Assembly: GCA_964035545.1 (NCBI GenBank)
Contig: OZ037769.1
Location: 2,046,001-2,110,000 of the forward strand
DNA length: 64,000 nt
Reading direction: 5' to 3'
From: Bugula neritina
Taxonomy: Eukaryota > Animalia > Bryozoa
Shown here: positions 22,437 through 43,686 of the stretch, one piece after another
How the letters are laid out: each line of letters opens with the position of its first letter
Numbering within the stretch: position 1 is the first letter of the stretch
Position numbers and translations under genes: made by a program
The notes under the pieces: model-generated
Seen by the model: only the letters and a program-made list of their open reading frames with translations
Database searches by the model: none
What the model was told of the DNA's origin: nothing

Positions 22437-25400
22437 CTAATCATCATATTTAAATTCAAAGTCTTCCATTCCATCCAACTCTGTGTTTATCCATTCATCC
22501 ATAACTTCATTCTGTTCTACAGTCAACTCAGCTTTCCATCCTCCACTCTTACCTTAAAGTACACAACCATTGAAAATATTATAAAAGCAAACATTTTTAA
22601 GCATTAACTATAACTTATATTAAGCGCAACATGTCTTTAAATTAGCAATTAAGCAGCTTAACAATTGCAGTGAACTGTTTTTGAAAAGGGAGTGCAAAGT
22701 TATTTTTGAATTACACACAGTCTAGTATTTTGCTGCCTCTTACTTTTAAACAAATTTATGTCAATGAATAAAAACTATTTCTTTTAAAAGTTTACCACTT
22801 GATTATAAACTTTTGAACTTACTGTACTTTACTTACCACTTCTATATATAATATTTCCTTTTCCTTGCTTTTTTTTCTTAATTTCGAATGTGTTAGCTGC
22901 TGTAATTCGTTGAATTTGTTCTTCTGTCAAACTAATATCTAGGAATTTTGCAATTTTCTTAACATTAGTTTGCAAGTTCTAAAATAAAACAAATTAGGGA
23001 AAAAAGTTTAGCCTTTCAGCATTTTTCATTTCATGCAATCAAATTACATAATTTATATTGTAATTATTTTTACAACTAAGCAATATAGTTACATAACCAC
23101 TTAAACTTTAACCTCCTTCATTTCTTCAAACTGAAGGCTCAACAGATTTTCATTGTTTCTGTGTGGATACCATGTTCTCATGTAGTGAGCATAACTCCCA
23201 TATAGCACTGCAATGCCAAATTAAATATAAAAAGCCAACATGAGTCTATTGAACAAACTTAGTTTTGCTTCTTTTCAGACTAAGATAACCACAGAATCTA
23301 AATAAATTGCAGGCATAGTTAAATTCAACATGCTTATATAGTATATATAATTATACTGTAGAGCAAAGTATAGGACTTTATTATCAGTATAGGACTTTAT
23401 TCTTAGTTACCATTTCCCTCCAGGAAGTTTGTGAAGAAAGTCTTCCATTTAATATCAGCTTTGAGAACTCCGAGTTGCTTCAGAAAAGGAAAGAAACTGC
23501 ATACCGTGTCTTTTGGATTCCTCGTGCAGTGTATTATCTATAGAAAACAAAGTTATGAATAAATTGCATATGGTTACTTAAAAGGACATGCATGCATACA
23601 TAGTGGAAGACAAAAATACGTTATAACATAATCACAAATTAAAGACAATTTATTCCTTTGTTTAAATATGCATCCCAAATCATAGATCAGTTTGCTACAG
23701 AAAGTTTACTCTAATACGTAATCTAAATTGTTTCAAAGTTAAAGCAACACACACGCTATATTCAGGCTATATGACTAGTAATATTATTTAGTTAGGACAT
23801 AAATATTGCTTCATGGCTTGCTGCAGAAAGTGACTATAAATTTGCAATATTATTTTCTATAATTTTTTATAAATAATTCTCTTGACCTTCAACTTTGTAA
23901 AAAAATTATTGAAAGCAAAACAAATATTTAGTTTAGTAAACAAAAAGTAGAATTTTTCCCAATATTGCTGAAACCATTTTACTTGAATTACCATCTGTTT
24001 TTTCTATAATTTCTTTTATATTTTTGTATGCTATATAAAATATGTATCACTGTAAAATTTTGCAAATATCTCAAACAAAAATATTTAACTCTGTTGAGGA
24101 TAATAAAGGATGTGAACCCATAGTTACATATGTTTTGAATCTCTAATTCTAAGTTATCACGTACTTGACCGCAAAAAGTTCAGGAAAATAAAACCATTGT
24201 TTACCTGAACTTTGTGATCCATAAGTCTAGCAGGTAAAAGGTCAAATGGGAGATGAGAGATAAGAATTCGAGGACTGGGACAGTTGTCTAGGTGACTCAG
24301 AGAAGAAGATCCTTTCATTGTGTCTGTGAAGATAACATGTACACACTGAGTCGCAGAGGTTACTCTAATACAACAAATTAAATCTTTTCTTAGTACTATT
24401 CTAAATAAAATATCACAACTTTGTCTGTTTAGAGCAAAATTATATTATGTTTTTATTATTTTTAGTAGAAGTTGTCTTATCATACAGCTATTTAGTACCT
24501 ATACAAGACATAGGATCATAGAAATATCGAATATAACATGATTTGTTTGAGCAGAGTTTTTAAAGTAGCCCTGCAGAGATCATACTTTAATTATAATGAA
24601 AGACGAATTTGTTATTGTTTCTACAATTTCTTTAATATGGGAACTTAGAGTAAAATTTCCGCTATATCTATGTTGGCACTCTGACATATTTTCTTTTATT
24701 GTATTTTACAGGTTACTCCCAACATTGCTTTACACATGGTCAATAATAAATGCTCAGTTATAGCTTACTGAGTTGGTAAGTAACATTTCAAAAGTTATTC
24801 AAATATAACCAACAAGAAAATACAATAACGAAAATAATATTAATGTGAGTGTATAAGTGTAATATGTAAAACTATATGTATGACTACTCTTCATTAGTCT
24901 GTGTCAGAATTGCTACAAATAGTTGAGATAGTAAAACTAATTATTCTCTAAACTTCTTTATTGATTAAAATTATTAAACTATTTTTTATAGTTTTACCAC
25001 ACTCAAAACTCAGCTACAATTATAATACTATTTGTACCGTGAACATGATATTTATTTTATTCATTTCAAAAGACTATTAAGCAACTTCAATTTTTTGAAA
25101 ATACTGCAGAAAGGGTATAGGCATATTGACTCACTTTCAAGCTGTTTTAAGAAGCTGGGATGTTTGGCTTCCATTGGACATATCTGAGAGTGTAAATCTC
25201 TTTCTTTGACCAAACCTTTCTCTTTATATATAGCAAGTATCAGTTCTCCTGTGAAATGTGTCCCTAAAGTCAAATTCTAGCTATATACTAGCTTTCCAAG
25301 TAAAATATAGCTTAAATCATTTTCTCTATGAAATGTTTGTTTTTTTCAATGATTCAAATAAAAAGAAATGATTTTTGCTATAATCTAAATTTCATTTAAT

Positions 25401-26433
25401 TAAGAGCAATTAACAAATTTACAAAATAATATGAGTTATGATTTATACTTTATTTGTGTTAATTTATGCCTATGCATGTTTATGGCAGGGCTTTAGCTTT
25501 ATAATGCATGAGCTATATGACTGAGTGAATAACTTATCAGCTGTTATGTTAAGAGCTTTTAATTAAATTTGATGTTTGGGTAAAACTAAATGACAATTTA
25601 ATAATTGTTTGGAAACAGCTGCCTATAAAAGCAAATTAAAAGTAATATTATCAGAAAAATACATACTTATACCATAAGCAACTATGGACCAAATGTGGTT
25701 ATATAATTGTAAATTAGGCAAAAAAAACTTTGACTAAAATTGAAAGAATTTTTGAAAAATACGTAAAAGGATAAGTACTGCACTAGTAAACATGAATATA
25801 ATATGGTGAGCATATTAATGAGTATAATATTATAGTAGTTAGTATAATTATAGTGAGTACGTATAGTAATATTTATATAGTGAATATAATAGTGAATATA
25901 TTATAGTGAGTATAGTACAGTATGGAGGTATAACTATACCTGTTTTAGGGTAAGTTGCTAGAAGTACATCATCTGGTCTGAAGTCATCAAAATATGTAAG
26001 CGATTCTATCACAGCCTTATCATGCAAGAATGATGACAATGTTAAACCTTTATATTCAAAGTATCCTATTATATCATGTTTCTCCTTCAGGAAACCTGCA
26101 ATCAGGAAGAGAATTTTGGGACATGTGCATTTAAATCTTCTATGCATAAGCCATAGTATAATAGATGCATCTGATCATTTGGATTACATCAAATTTAATG
26201 CATGCAACAAACTTGAACAGCAGTTACAGTTCATCATATCATTTGCCTATCCATTTATAAAACAGTTGCTTAAGTTAATACTTAAACTACGCTGCAGAAA
26301 ACAGAGCTGAAACAACACATAGTTAGTTTAAGAACTTCTACTCACCTAGTTTTATTTTCATCAGATTTATCCAGTATTTGATTGATAATAGTAGTAGCAC
26401 CAAGTAGTTCTTTACTGTTTTCCATACAACCAT
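22437..26433 (-). CDS. Sulfotransferase A (SULT/Sulfotransfer_1 family, 8 exons) with hydrophobic N-terminal extension
   Basis: Exons approx. 26433-26346, 26095-25940, 25264-25135, 24323-24205, 23537-23411, 23207-23113, 22978-22837, 22552-22437. Motifs: FRPDDVLLATYPKTGTHF (5'-PSB loop), SPRILISHLP (catalytic His), RNPKDTVCSF (3'-PB), YGSY, FEEMKE, YRSGKSGGWK, KAELTVEQNE (KxxxTVxxxE dimerisation motif). Stop TAG at 22437-22439. Confidence 0.92.
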
Positions 26434-26928
26434 GTTCATTGTCACTGTGAATATGATTGAGTGCTTAATCGTTGTTTCAAAATAGCCTAGTCTGAATACA
26501 ATTTTACTAAACTTATCTTATAGCTTATCTATCAATTATTTGCAATGTTAACAGTGATGGCTGTACCTGCATTTCGTATTTGCTTAGTAAACTGAGATGC
26601 ACATAAAACTATTCAGTAGTTATCAAGAATAAATATCATTGACCTACAAAATAACCTATACTGTATAATCTAAGAAATGTTTTCTTACTCATTAAATTTT
26701 ACTACCTTATAAAATTTTATTATGTAGAATTGGCTGCAACAATTTAATTTAAATAAATATTAAATGTATACTTTTAAGATGGTGTACTCTATTTCTAAAT
26801 AACAAGTTAGCTTAAACTTTTCATCATAATGCTATTTCTATGTTATATAACAAATCAACTGCTTTAAAATTAAATATCTTTATAGAAACATTATTTTCAT
26901 TATTCTGTTAGCAAGTTGAATTAAATTT

Positions 26929-27849
<921 letters not shown>

Positions 27850-29700
27850 AGCCTTTGTAAAGTTAGATGTTGCATAGTATACAATTACAGTAGGAAAAGT
27901 CACGTAACAGCAGCAAAGTAATTATGATAAAAAACTTTTTCCTGCTGAACGACCTATTAATTCATTCAAGGCTGACTGTAGAATTATGCATGTGTAAATA
28001 ATAAACCAATACACAAAATTGATCTCCATTGAGTTACCTCCTTCAAATAAGCTGATTTTAATAAAATTAATCAATTTTGTAGCTATTGTATTGTTGATCC
28101 AAAAGACTTTTGTCATACAAAATCTGTCATGCTTGAAAGCATATGCAATTTTATAATCAATATTAACCTTTTTTTTCTGCATTTTTGCTTATTAAATCAT
28201 TTATTACTGACTGTAAAATCATGCTTGTGTAAATAATGAATTGATGATATACCATTACTTTCCATAAAGTCGTTTTATGTTTCAGCTAATTTTAATAAAA
28301 TTAATCAATATTTTAGCTCTCTTCTAGTACAACTTGACCCTTTTTATATCAAGTATATATATATATAATATGTATTATCTACAGTGCTTGAAAACATGTG
28401 CATTTAAAAATGGAAGTTCCAATATCAACTATAATATAGATCTGTGGCAATTGCATCACACATCATCTTAAACACTTTTATACTTTCTGAACTAATATTC
28501 ATACACATTTTAATTTCGAAGTGTGCCAACACCTTCCACTCTGATTTTATCTATTAATAGCCATATTTTTACTTTCTTCTCAATTTTTCTATCCTCAACT
28601 CTTTTCAATTGAATTTACAAAATTTGAAAAGTGCAGAATTAACTTGAATAGTTTGAGATGCATGCTTATTGTTAAATTCAAGTTGCTTTCAATTTATAAA
28701 TTAAGTACTCTATTAAATAATCATAGAAATATTTGTAATTAGTTGTTTTCATCTTGTGTTTTATACTAAATTTTACTTTTCAACACTTTTTAAAATTACA
28801 TTTAAACAAATTTTCACAGCTATTTTTAGTAGACATAGATTACTACCTCATCATGTTTATATATACAATGTGAGCGTCTCCGTTTCCTTATATAGGGCCG
28901 CATCAAAGGTATAATTATATATCTTCTGATTTGTCTAAGATGCTCTAGTGCTAAACTGATATTTAGTAATTAATAATGAATAATTAACAATTGACATTTG
29001 TTTTCCAAATTCAAAATTATTAAAAGAAATATAAAATAGCATTCAGTGCTTTCCTCCTCAAGTAACTTAAACTTAAACGTCTACAGATTCTATGACCAAT
29101 AAAACGATCACACAAAATAATTTGAAATTTATCCTTATTCATCACTCCTAATATATATTGACGCTATAATATATCTACTAAAATTGGATCAAAATAATAT
29201 GTGTATAATATAGGAAACAACAGCAAGTATATATCTTATGTAATCAAAAAGTGCCAAATCTCATTTCGCAAAGTTTATAGGCTATTTAAATGAATTATTT
29301 AAATTAAACTATATAATAACATAGCTGAACACTAGTATATTATTAGCAACACTTACATGTATAAACCAGCAGGAAGTAATTGTTCTAATCAATTGAGATC
29401 AACTTGTATACAACTTCAGAGATGAAAAATAATATTACTAAACTCACATGTAGAGAGTGAATAAAACTCATAGTTATTATATTATTATTTAGATCTATTT
29501 AGAAAAACATGCAATACCTGGTACTCCTGCAGGTAGTTTGGTTCGAAGTGGCAAAACATTATTTGAATATTCAAGTGAAATACACCAGTCTGTTATACTG
29601 CTAAATTTTACTAGAATATCATGTGACATCCAACACTCTAATTTATAAAATAATTTATGCTATATTTAATTATATTCAATTTAAATAAGTATTAAGTTTT

Positions 29701-31405
29701 TCACAGTGTTCCATGCACTTCAATTTCATAAACACGAAGGGATGTAGTAGTGTTAAACATGATTTTAACATGTTGTCCTATCATGGGTGTTATACAATCT
29801 ATATGTGTATACCATCTCTCTAAAGTACCAGGGTAATAGGCACAGAGATGATTTTCAGTGTCATCCAGGTTAGTTAGTTCTGTTGCCACGGTGACGACAG
29901 CTTCCTTAGCATGTGTCCAGCTTGAATCTTAAAAAATATAAATCAATTTATTTTTGCTTCCTCCAACAAAAATGGTAGCTTGTGAGAATATTTGGCTCCT
30001 TTGCAAGCTGAAATCTTTTTGATACTTTCATTATGCTGCTATAGCTCGAAGGTTAGAGATCTGTGGTTTGAATACTGGTGGAGCAGAAGGTTTTCAATTT
30101 AATAGGCCTATATATTTGCCAACAAAGTATAGAAATCAATTTTAAATTCTAATTTAAGTGCTTGAAAATTAATCTTATTGCATAATCTAATTACCGAAAT
30201 CAATATTTTCCATTGCTGAAAATGTTGAAAACTACCTTAGTATTATTATATTGTAAATATATTAAGGAACCAGCTGCCAGGTTGAACCAAGCTGACTTAC
30301 CGTTGCCCCTGTTTAAGATTCTAACTGCCCAGATGCAGTGAACAGTTTCTAAATCAACTGCCCAGTATGGTTGATATTCCAGTTCTGTCTTTACCAATGA
30401 GCCATGCTCTCTGCTGCCTGCTGCCGGAATGTACTGTCCATCATTGGCTTTGTGTGCTCCATAGTATGTTGATCCATGACTTGAGGATCCAACTGAGGTC
30501 TGCCTAGCAGGCTTGTCTAAAAAATATTATAAAACTAAAACTAATAAATTATGAAGCTTGCGCCAAATCAGATATAATTCTATTTAACTCATAGCCAAGC
30601 TTTTTCCAACACTTACTTTTTGCCAACAAATGTGAGATCAATTTCTTCTCAACAAACAAATCAGTTCCCTGTTGAAGAAGATCCATATTCAAACAGGAGG
30701 ACTGACAGCAAGAGAGAGTTGTTGGGTTAAACTTGAATGCCATACATTCACTGGAATTTAGACAGCTAATAGCACAGAGAAGCTGGTTCCCGGTGCTGGT
30801 GCATACGGGTAGAGTTTCATGTGGATCCAGCAGTCCAAGTTCATAGCTCTGATATATCGTATTTGATTTTACCAGAAGGTATAACATGCAGCTGTGCAGT
30901 AGTAGCAGAAGGAGTAGAGGAAGAAAACCTGTGAATAAACAAAATACAAGTGAATGGTTAAAAGTATTTTTTATAGAGAATCAAACCTAAATTGAATTTT
31001 GCTTTTCTTAAAACTTGCACTCTTTCGAGCTGAAAATAGCTTTGTTAATACCCATAATCTTAATGCCAATAATTTCCTGAAACATCCAGCTACAAGTTTT
31101 ATTTTGAAACCAAAATAAAAGCTACAAAATGAAATTTTAGTAAAAACTTATTAAAAATGTTCTTTCTGAACTGTATTTGTTTTCTTTAATTAATTTTTAA
31201 CGAGGATTAAAACATTTACCGGTGAATTATTTAAATATTATATATCAAAGAAATTTTAATCAGTTGAGTTGTTGGAAAGCTGAAAACTGCAAATTACAAA
31301 TAGAGCATTGTCTAACATAATCTAGTCTTTATATTTTAAAAATTTTTTTCTCTATGTTCAAAAGTTTGCTCACTGTATAAAAACAAACATACCGTAAGCT
31401 TTCAT
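29701..31405 (-). CDS. Secreted PAN/apple-like + F-type lectin (fucolectin/F5/8C fold) protein L1, 4 exons
   Basis: Exons 31405-31393 (MKAYG), ~30928-30617 (FLPLLLLLLLHSC signal peptide; CAISCLNSSECMAFKFNPTTLSC PAN-like pattern), ~30517-30301 (KPARQTS..AHKANDG..QPYWAVDLETVHCIWAVRILNRG), 29927-29701 (LCAYYPG..DCITPMIGQHVKI..VYEIEVHG). These are typical F-lectin fold motifs. Confidence 0.85.
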
Positions 31406-33156
31406 TATAGCCAGATGTTGCAGTCCCTGCAATGACAGTATAGGATCAGTTGAAGCAGTCACGTATAGCAGTGCAAAGTAATATTGATAACCTTTTTCTT
31501 GTTGAGCTGCTTATTAAATCAGTCATTGCTGACTATGAAATTATGCTAATTTTAATAGAAATAATCAATATTGTAGCTCTATTCTAGTAAAACAATTCCT
31601 TTTTGCTGTCAAGTATATATATATGTATTATCTATATCATGCTTGAAAACATGTGCATTTAAATTTATAGAATTTCCAACATCAACTACATAACATCATC
31701 TTAAACACTTGTATACTTTCTGAACTATATAATATTATTTTTTGAACTTCCAAGAGTTCCAAAACCTCCCACTCTAATTTTATCCGTTTACTCATATTTC
31801 TATTTTCCTCTGCAATTTTCTATTCTCCGCGTTTTTTTTAATTTACAAAAGTTGAAAATGCAATAACTTATATAGTGTAAGATGCATCTATATTATTAAA
31901 TTTAGATTGTTTTCATTTTATAAATTAAGTACTCTGTTATAATCATGGAAATATTTTTAATTAGTTGTTTTTACCTTGTGTTTTATACTAAGTTTTACTT
32001 TTAACAATTTCCAAAGCTCCATTTAAATAAACTTCAACAGCTACTCAGTGGACTTAGATTACTACACTTCATGTTTATATATACAATGTGAGCATCTTTA
32101 TTTTCTTACATAGGGTCAAATGTATGTAATTATATATATAGCTTCTGATTTTTTAAGTTGCTCTATCATCAAATTGATATCTAATAAGTAAATTACCTTT
32201 TTGACTTTCGTTTTCTAAGTTTAAAATTATTAACAGAAATATAAAATGATTATATATAATTAGCATTCAGTGTTTTCTTTCACATGCAGGTAACCTAAAT
32301 TCAATGCTTAAATCTGCAGATATTATGATGAATAAAATGCGTAAAAATAATTTAAATGTATCCTTATTCATATCTTCTAAAATTTCTCTGTTATATATGA
32401 ACAGCATTAATTCATAAATGGTCATCATAGTGATAGAATAGATGACTAAAATATATTAGAAAATAATGTAAAAAAAACAGTCTAAGTTGCACAAAATATA
32501 AAATATTGCTTATATTATCTACCAAAGTTGGATCAAATAAATATATGTAACTTATAATATAAAAAACACCAGTAATCAAAACATGTCAATTTTCATTGCA
32601 CAAAGTTGATAGACTATTTAAATGAATTATTCAAATAAAACTATATAATCCACTGTTAGCACTTAGCTGAACAAAAGTATGTTAATTATTAGCAAATTTT
32701 GGATACTATGAACGCTTACAAAACTATGAATTAATTACCCTATTTATAATTATGAACATTATAAACACTCTAAACCTAAACTTAGGAAAGATGATAATGT
32801 GATTAATATACATAAAGCTTCACAAAAATTATAGGCTAATTATTTTATAAATTATTATAATTAATTTAAAATTACCTGCTACCCAACTTCATGCAGAGGT
32901 GAAAAACAATGCTATTAGATTTAGATAGTAACCAAAACCTTTAGTTGTTATATAATTTACATGTACATAGAAAAAACCAGCAATGTGAAATTTCTGCAGA
33001 AAGTTTGACTTGAATTGGGAAAATATTATTTCAATAGCTAAGGAAAATGCACCAGCTAGACTTGCTTTTACCAACATCATGTGACATCCAACAGTCTAAT
33101 TTATAAAATAAAATACTATTTCTAATTATATTAACATAAAATCGAAACTTAATTTT

Positions 33157-34872
33157 TCACTGTGTTCCATGCACTTCAATCTCATAAACGTAAAAGTACG
33201 TAGTATCGTTAAACATGATTTTAACATGTTGTCCTATCATGGGTGTTATACAATCTATCTGTGTATACCATCTCTCTAAAGTACCAGGGTAATAGGCACA
33301 AAAGTTGTTTTCAGTGTCATCCAGGTCAGTTAGTTCTGTTGCCACGGTGACGACAGCTTCCTTAGCTTCTGTCCAGGTTGAATCTTAAAAAAATATGATT
33401 CAATTTAGTTTTTGCTTCTTCCAACAAAAGTGGCAGCTTGTAAAATATATGGAACTTTTGGAAGCTGAATTTTTTTCTGATATTTTCATTATGCTGTTAT
33501 AGCTCACAGGTTAGAGATTTGTGGTTTGAATACTGGTGGAGCAGAAGGTTTTCAATTTAATATATATTTGCAAACAAAGTATAAAAATCAATTTAAATTT
33601 TTATTTGAGTGCTTGAAAATTAATCTTATTGCATGATCTAATTACCGAGATTAATATTTTCCATTGCTGACAATGTTGAAAATTACCTTAGTATATTATT
33701 ATATTGCAAATATTATATAAGAACCAGCTGCCAGGTTGAACCAAGCTGACTTACGGTTGCCCCTGTTCAAGATTCTAACCGCCCAGATGCAGTGAACAGT
33801 TTCTAAGTCAACTGCCCAGTATGGTTGATATTCCAGTTCTGTCTTTACCAATGAACCATGCTCTCTGCTGCCTGCTGCTGGAATGTACTGTCCATCATTG
33901 GCTTTGTGTGCTCCATAAAAAGTTAGACCGTGATTTGAAGAAGATCCAACTGAGGTCTGCCTAGCAGGCTTGTCTGAAAAATATTATAAAACTGAAACCA
34001 TGCAACAATTTATGAAGCTTGCGCCAAATTGGGTATAATTCTATTGAACTCAGTGCCAAGCTTTTTTCAACATGCACTTACTTCTTGCCAACAAATGTGA
34101 GATCAATTTCTTCTCAACAAACAAATCAGTTCCTTGTTGAAGAAGATCCATATTCAAACAGGAGGACTGACAGCAAGAGAGAGTTGTTGGGTTGAACTTG
34201 AATGCCATACATTCACTGGAATTTAGACAGCTAATAGCACAGAGAAGCTGGTTCCCGGTGCTGGTGCATACGGGTAGAGTTTCATGTGGATCCAGCAGTC
34301 CTAGTTCATAGCTCTGATATATCGTATTTGATTTTACCAGAAGGTATAACATGCAGCTGTGCAGTAGTAGCAGAAGGAGTAGAGGAAGAAAACCTGTGAA
34401 TAAACAAAATACAAGTGAATGGTTGAAAGTATTTTTTATAGAGAATCAAACTTAAATTAAATTTTGCTTTTCTTGAAACTTGCACACTTGCAAGCTGAAA
34501 ATAGCTTTGTTAATACCCATAATCCTAATGCCAATAATTTCCTGAAACATCCAGCTACAAGTTTTATTTTGAAACCAAGATAAAGGCTACCAAATGAAAT
34601 TTTAGTAAATACTTAAACATGTTCTTTCTGAACTGTATTTGTTTTCTTTAATTAATTTTTAACGAGGATTACAACATTTATCAGTTAAATTATTTCAATA
34701 TTATATATCAAAGAAATTTCAATCAGTTGAGTTGATTAAAGAAAGCTGGAAACTGCAAATTACAAATAGAGCATAGTCTAAAATAATTTAGTCTTTATAA
34801 TTAAAAAAAATTTTTCTGTATGTTCAAAAATTTGCTCACTGTATAAAAACAAAACATACCGTAGGCTTTCAT
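33157..34872 (-). CDS. Secreted PAN/apple-like + F-type lectin protein L2, 4 exons
   Basis: Exons 34872-34860, ~34393-34082, ~33973-33754, ~33383-33157. Same motifs and phases as L1. Confidence 0.85.
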
Positions 34873-36923
34873 TATAGCCAGATGTTGCAGTCCCTGCAAT
34901 GACAGTATATGATCAGTTGAAACAGTCGCGTATAGCAGTGCAAAGTAATATTGATAACCTTTTTCCTGCTGAGCTGCTTATTAAATCAGTCCTTGCTGAC
35001 TATGAAATTATGCTTGTGTAAATAATGAACCAATACAGAACACTGGTCTCCATTAAGCTGCTTTGTTCAAATAAGCTGACTTTAATACTATCAATCAATT
35101 TTGTAGCTATTTTATTGTTGATCCAAAAGATTTTTGACAAACAAAATCTCTCATGCGTGAAAGCACATGCAATTTTACAATCGATATTAACTTTTTTTCT
35201 GCTCTTTTGCTTATTAAATCATTTATCATTGACTGTAAAATCATGCTTGTGTAAATAATGAATTGATGATATACCATTATACTTTCCATAAAGTCTTTTC
35301 ATGTTTATGCTAATTTTAATAAAAATAATCAATATTGTAGCTCTATTTTAGTAAAACAATCTCTCTTTGTCAAGTATATAATATGTATTATCTATATCAT
35401 GCTTTAAAACATGTGCATTTAAAAATAGAAGTTCTAATACCAACTACATAACATCATCCTAAACACTTGTATACTTTCTGAACTATAATATAATATTCTT
35501 TTTTGAACTTCCAAGAGTTCCAAAACCTCCCACTCTAATTTTATCCGTTTACTCATATTTCTATTTTTATCTGCAATTTTTTATTCTCTACTCTTTTTTT
35601 TGAATTTGCAAAAGTTGAAAGTGCAAAAACTTATATTGTTTGAGATGCATCTATATTATTAAATTCAGATTGTTTTTAATTTGTAAATTAAGTACTCTGT
35701 TATAAATCATCAAACTATTTGTAATTAGTTGTTGTAATTATACTAAGTTTTACTTTTTAACAATTTCCGAAACTACATTTAAACGAATTTCAACAGCTAT
35801 TCAGTAGACTTAGATTACTGCCCCATCGCCTTTATATATACAATGTGAGCATCTCCATTTCCTTATATAGGGCCGGGTCAAATGTATAATCTTTTAAGTT
35901 GCTCTACCGTCAAATTGATATCTAATAAGTAAATTATTATTTTTACTTTCGTTTTCAAAGTTTAAAATTATCAAAAGAGATATAAAATGATTATATATGG
36001 CATTCAGTGTTTTCTTTCACAGGTAACCCAAATTTAATGTTTAAATCTGCAGATTTTATGACTAATAAAATGCATAAAAGTAATTTAAATGTATCCTTAT
36101 TCATCTCTTCTAAAATGTGTCTGTTATATATGAACAGCATCCATTTATATATAGTCATCTTAATGATAGAGTAAATGACTAAAATAGAAAATAACATAAA
36201 AAACAGTCAAAGTTGCACAAAATATAAAATATCAAAATATTACTTATAATATCTACCAAAGCTGGATCTGATCAATATATGTAACTTATAATATAAAAAC
36301 CACCAGTAATCAAAACATGTCAATTTTCATTGCAGAAAGTTGATAGATTATCCTAACGAATTATTCAAACAAAACTACATAAACAACTGTTAGCTGAACA
36401 AAATTATATTATTAGCAAATTTTGGATACTATATAAACACTTGAAAAAGTATGAAGTAATTACTCTATTTATAATTATAAGCATATAACAATTGTAAACC
36501 CAAACTTAGAAAATTCAATGATATGAATATACTACATGAAGCTTCACAAAAACTATAATTATTGCAAAAATCATTATTATCAAATTAAAACTAAAATGCA
36601 CCCAGTTTAGTAACATTATTTTTCATCTCTGCATGAAGTTGCGACTTTATGCAGAAAAATAATGTTACTAAACTTAAATAGTAACCAAAACGCATAATTA
36701 TTATCTAATTTAAATTAATGGACATAGAAAAAACCAGCTATCAGTGAAATTTCTGCAGATATAAGTTTGTTTTGAAGTGGTATAAAATATTATTTCAATA
36801 TAGCCAAGGAAGGTGCATTAGCTAGAATTGCTTTTACTAACATCCTGTGACATCCAACAGTCTAATTTATAAAAAAAATGCAATACATCCAGTGATATTC
36901 ACAATAAATCAAAATTAAACTTT

Positions 36924-41918
<4,995 letters not shown>

Positions 41919-43686
41919 TGTGTTTGCTGTTGTGCCAGATCTGTACTTATAGATTAGCGTCAGTTAAAACAACCTTTCGGAAGCAACAAAGTATTAATAA
42001 CTACTCATTTCCTATACTGCAAGGCTTATTATGTAGTTCATCACTGACTATAAACTTATGCATAAGAAAATATTGAATCAACATATTATAATTTTTATTA
42101 ACACTATTACTTTCAAATAAGCTGATTTTAATAAAAGTAATCAATAATGAGGTCGCTTTTCTCTCATCGATACACCACTTCTATATAAAGGTTTTGTGTT
42201 TCTATTAAACAATTATACAAACAGTATCCTATAGCAAACTCTTATTATCTGCAGCACATATGATACTTCTCTCACTATAATCAAAGCATTCAAAGTGTAG
42301 AAGATAAAAATTGAAGCAATTGATTTTTTCTGTTGTTAGAGAAAGTAGAAGAATAACTTGCTAACTTTATATGTTTGTCTCAACTTTAAGCTGTATGACA
42401 AACAAACCTCTTTGTACAATAAAATCTTTGGAAAATTCCTAAGGAAAATGTGGAAGCTTTGCATAATGGATATCATCACTAAAATTGGTTTAATATTAGA
42501 TTTTGTCGAGATGCGTATACATATTATATGATATACGTCATACTTATTTCCGTTGTATAAATTATGTCAAGAGATTAGAACTATAAGCACATGTAAGCAC
42601 AAATTTTAGAAAAAATAGGCCTCAACTACTCAAATAGACTAGAAAGTAAAATAAAACAGGTAATATGAAAATGGAATGTTTTTTCCTTGGAAAGATATTA
42701 ATTTCTAAATCAATGCAGTTTGACGTTAAAGCAAAACCTTCACCTAATAAAACTTTTTTTAAAGCATTATATATAGAATTATTATGAATGATGCCACAAA
42801 ATATATTTATGGAGTACAAGACATATTATACTCTATAGTTGAGCAGTTAAGAGCTTTTCTTTTGAAACTTGCATAGCAAAAAAGTTGGAATACAACAATA
42901 TATGATTTCCATAATTAAGACAAAACTAATTTTCAAATTATATTGCATAACATTACCTTTCTATAATTAGTTAATTATTGTTCTCAACACTTGACCACTT
43001 TCAAATTAACTTAATTTTTGGAATTGTCCCAACCCTGTTAAGATATATAAAGTTAAAAATAAAAAAGCAGGTTTTTCCGAGTTATTGATTGTAATAACAT
43101 GCTGTTTCAGATTGCTTTATATAAGGATTCAAATATATAATTGCAATTAAAGTTTATTTATTAGAAAATCAATGTGCATTATTATCTTTAATAGCTATAA
43201 ACAAAAATGCTCAACATCAAAACTTTACATCTGCACTTTAAACTAATAAAAGAAATGTCTATGAATGAACCATAATTGAAAAAAGAGCTGATTAGTTATT
43301 CAAAAAATTATAAAACAAATTTTAAAGCTTCAACAAACATATATAACACATTTTATCACAAAGGATTATGGTTTACACTTCAATAATTTAAACTTGAACA
43401 CTTTGAATAAAATTTACATTATTCAAAATTTTATCTGCATAAATTATTATAAATATTTTTATTTGTCAGAATTATCATATTCGACGGCATCAGCAGTTTC
43501 TAGTTTACTATTTAAAACGCTTTCATTGAAAACTAATATGAATTTCGAAACGCAAGTGGAAAAAGAAATTTTAACTGGGGATCATGTTTCTTTTGAATTA
43601 AATTCTCAATTAAGTGACTAAACATTAAGAAATTGGATTATATCAGCATTGATTTTTAAAAATGTGACTTATTAAATAAACAGTCT

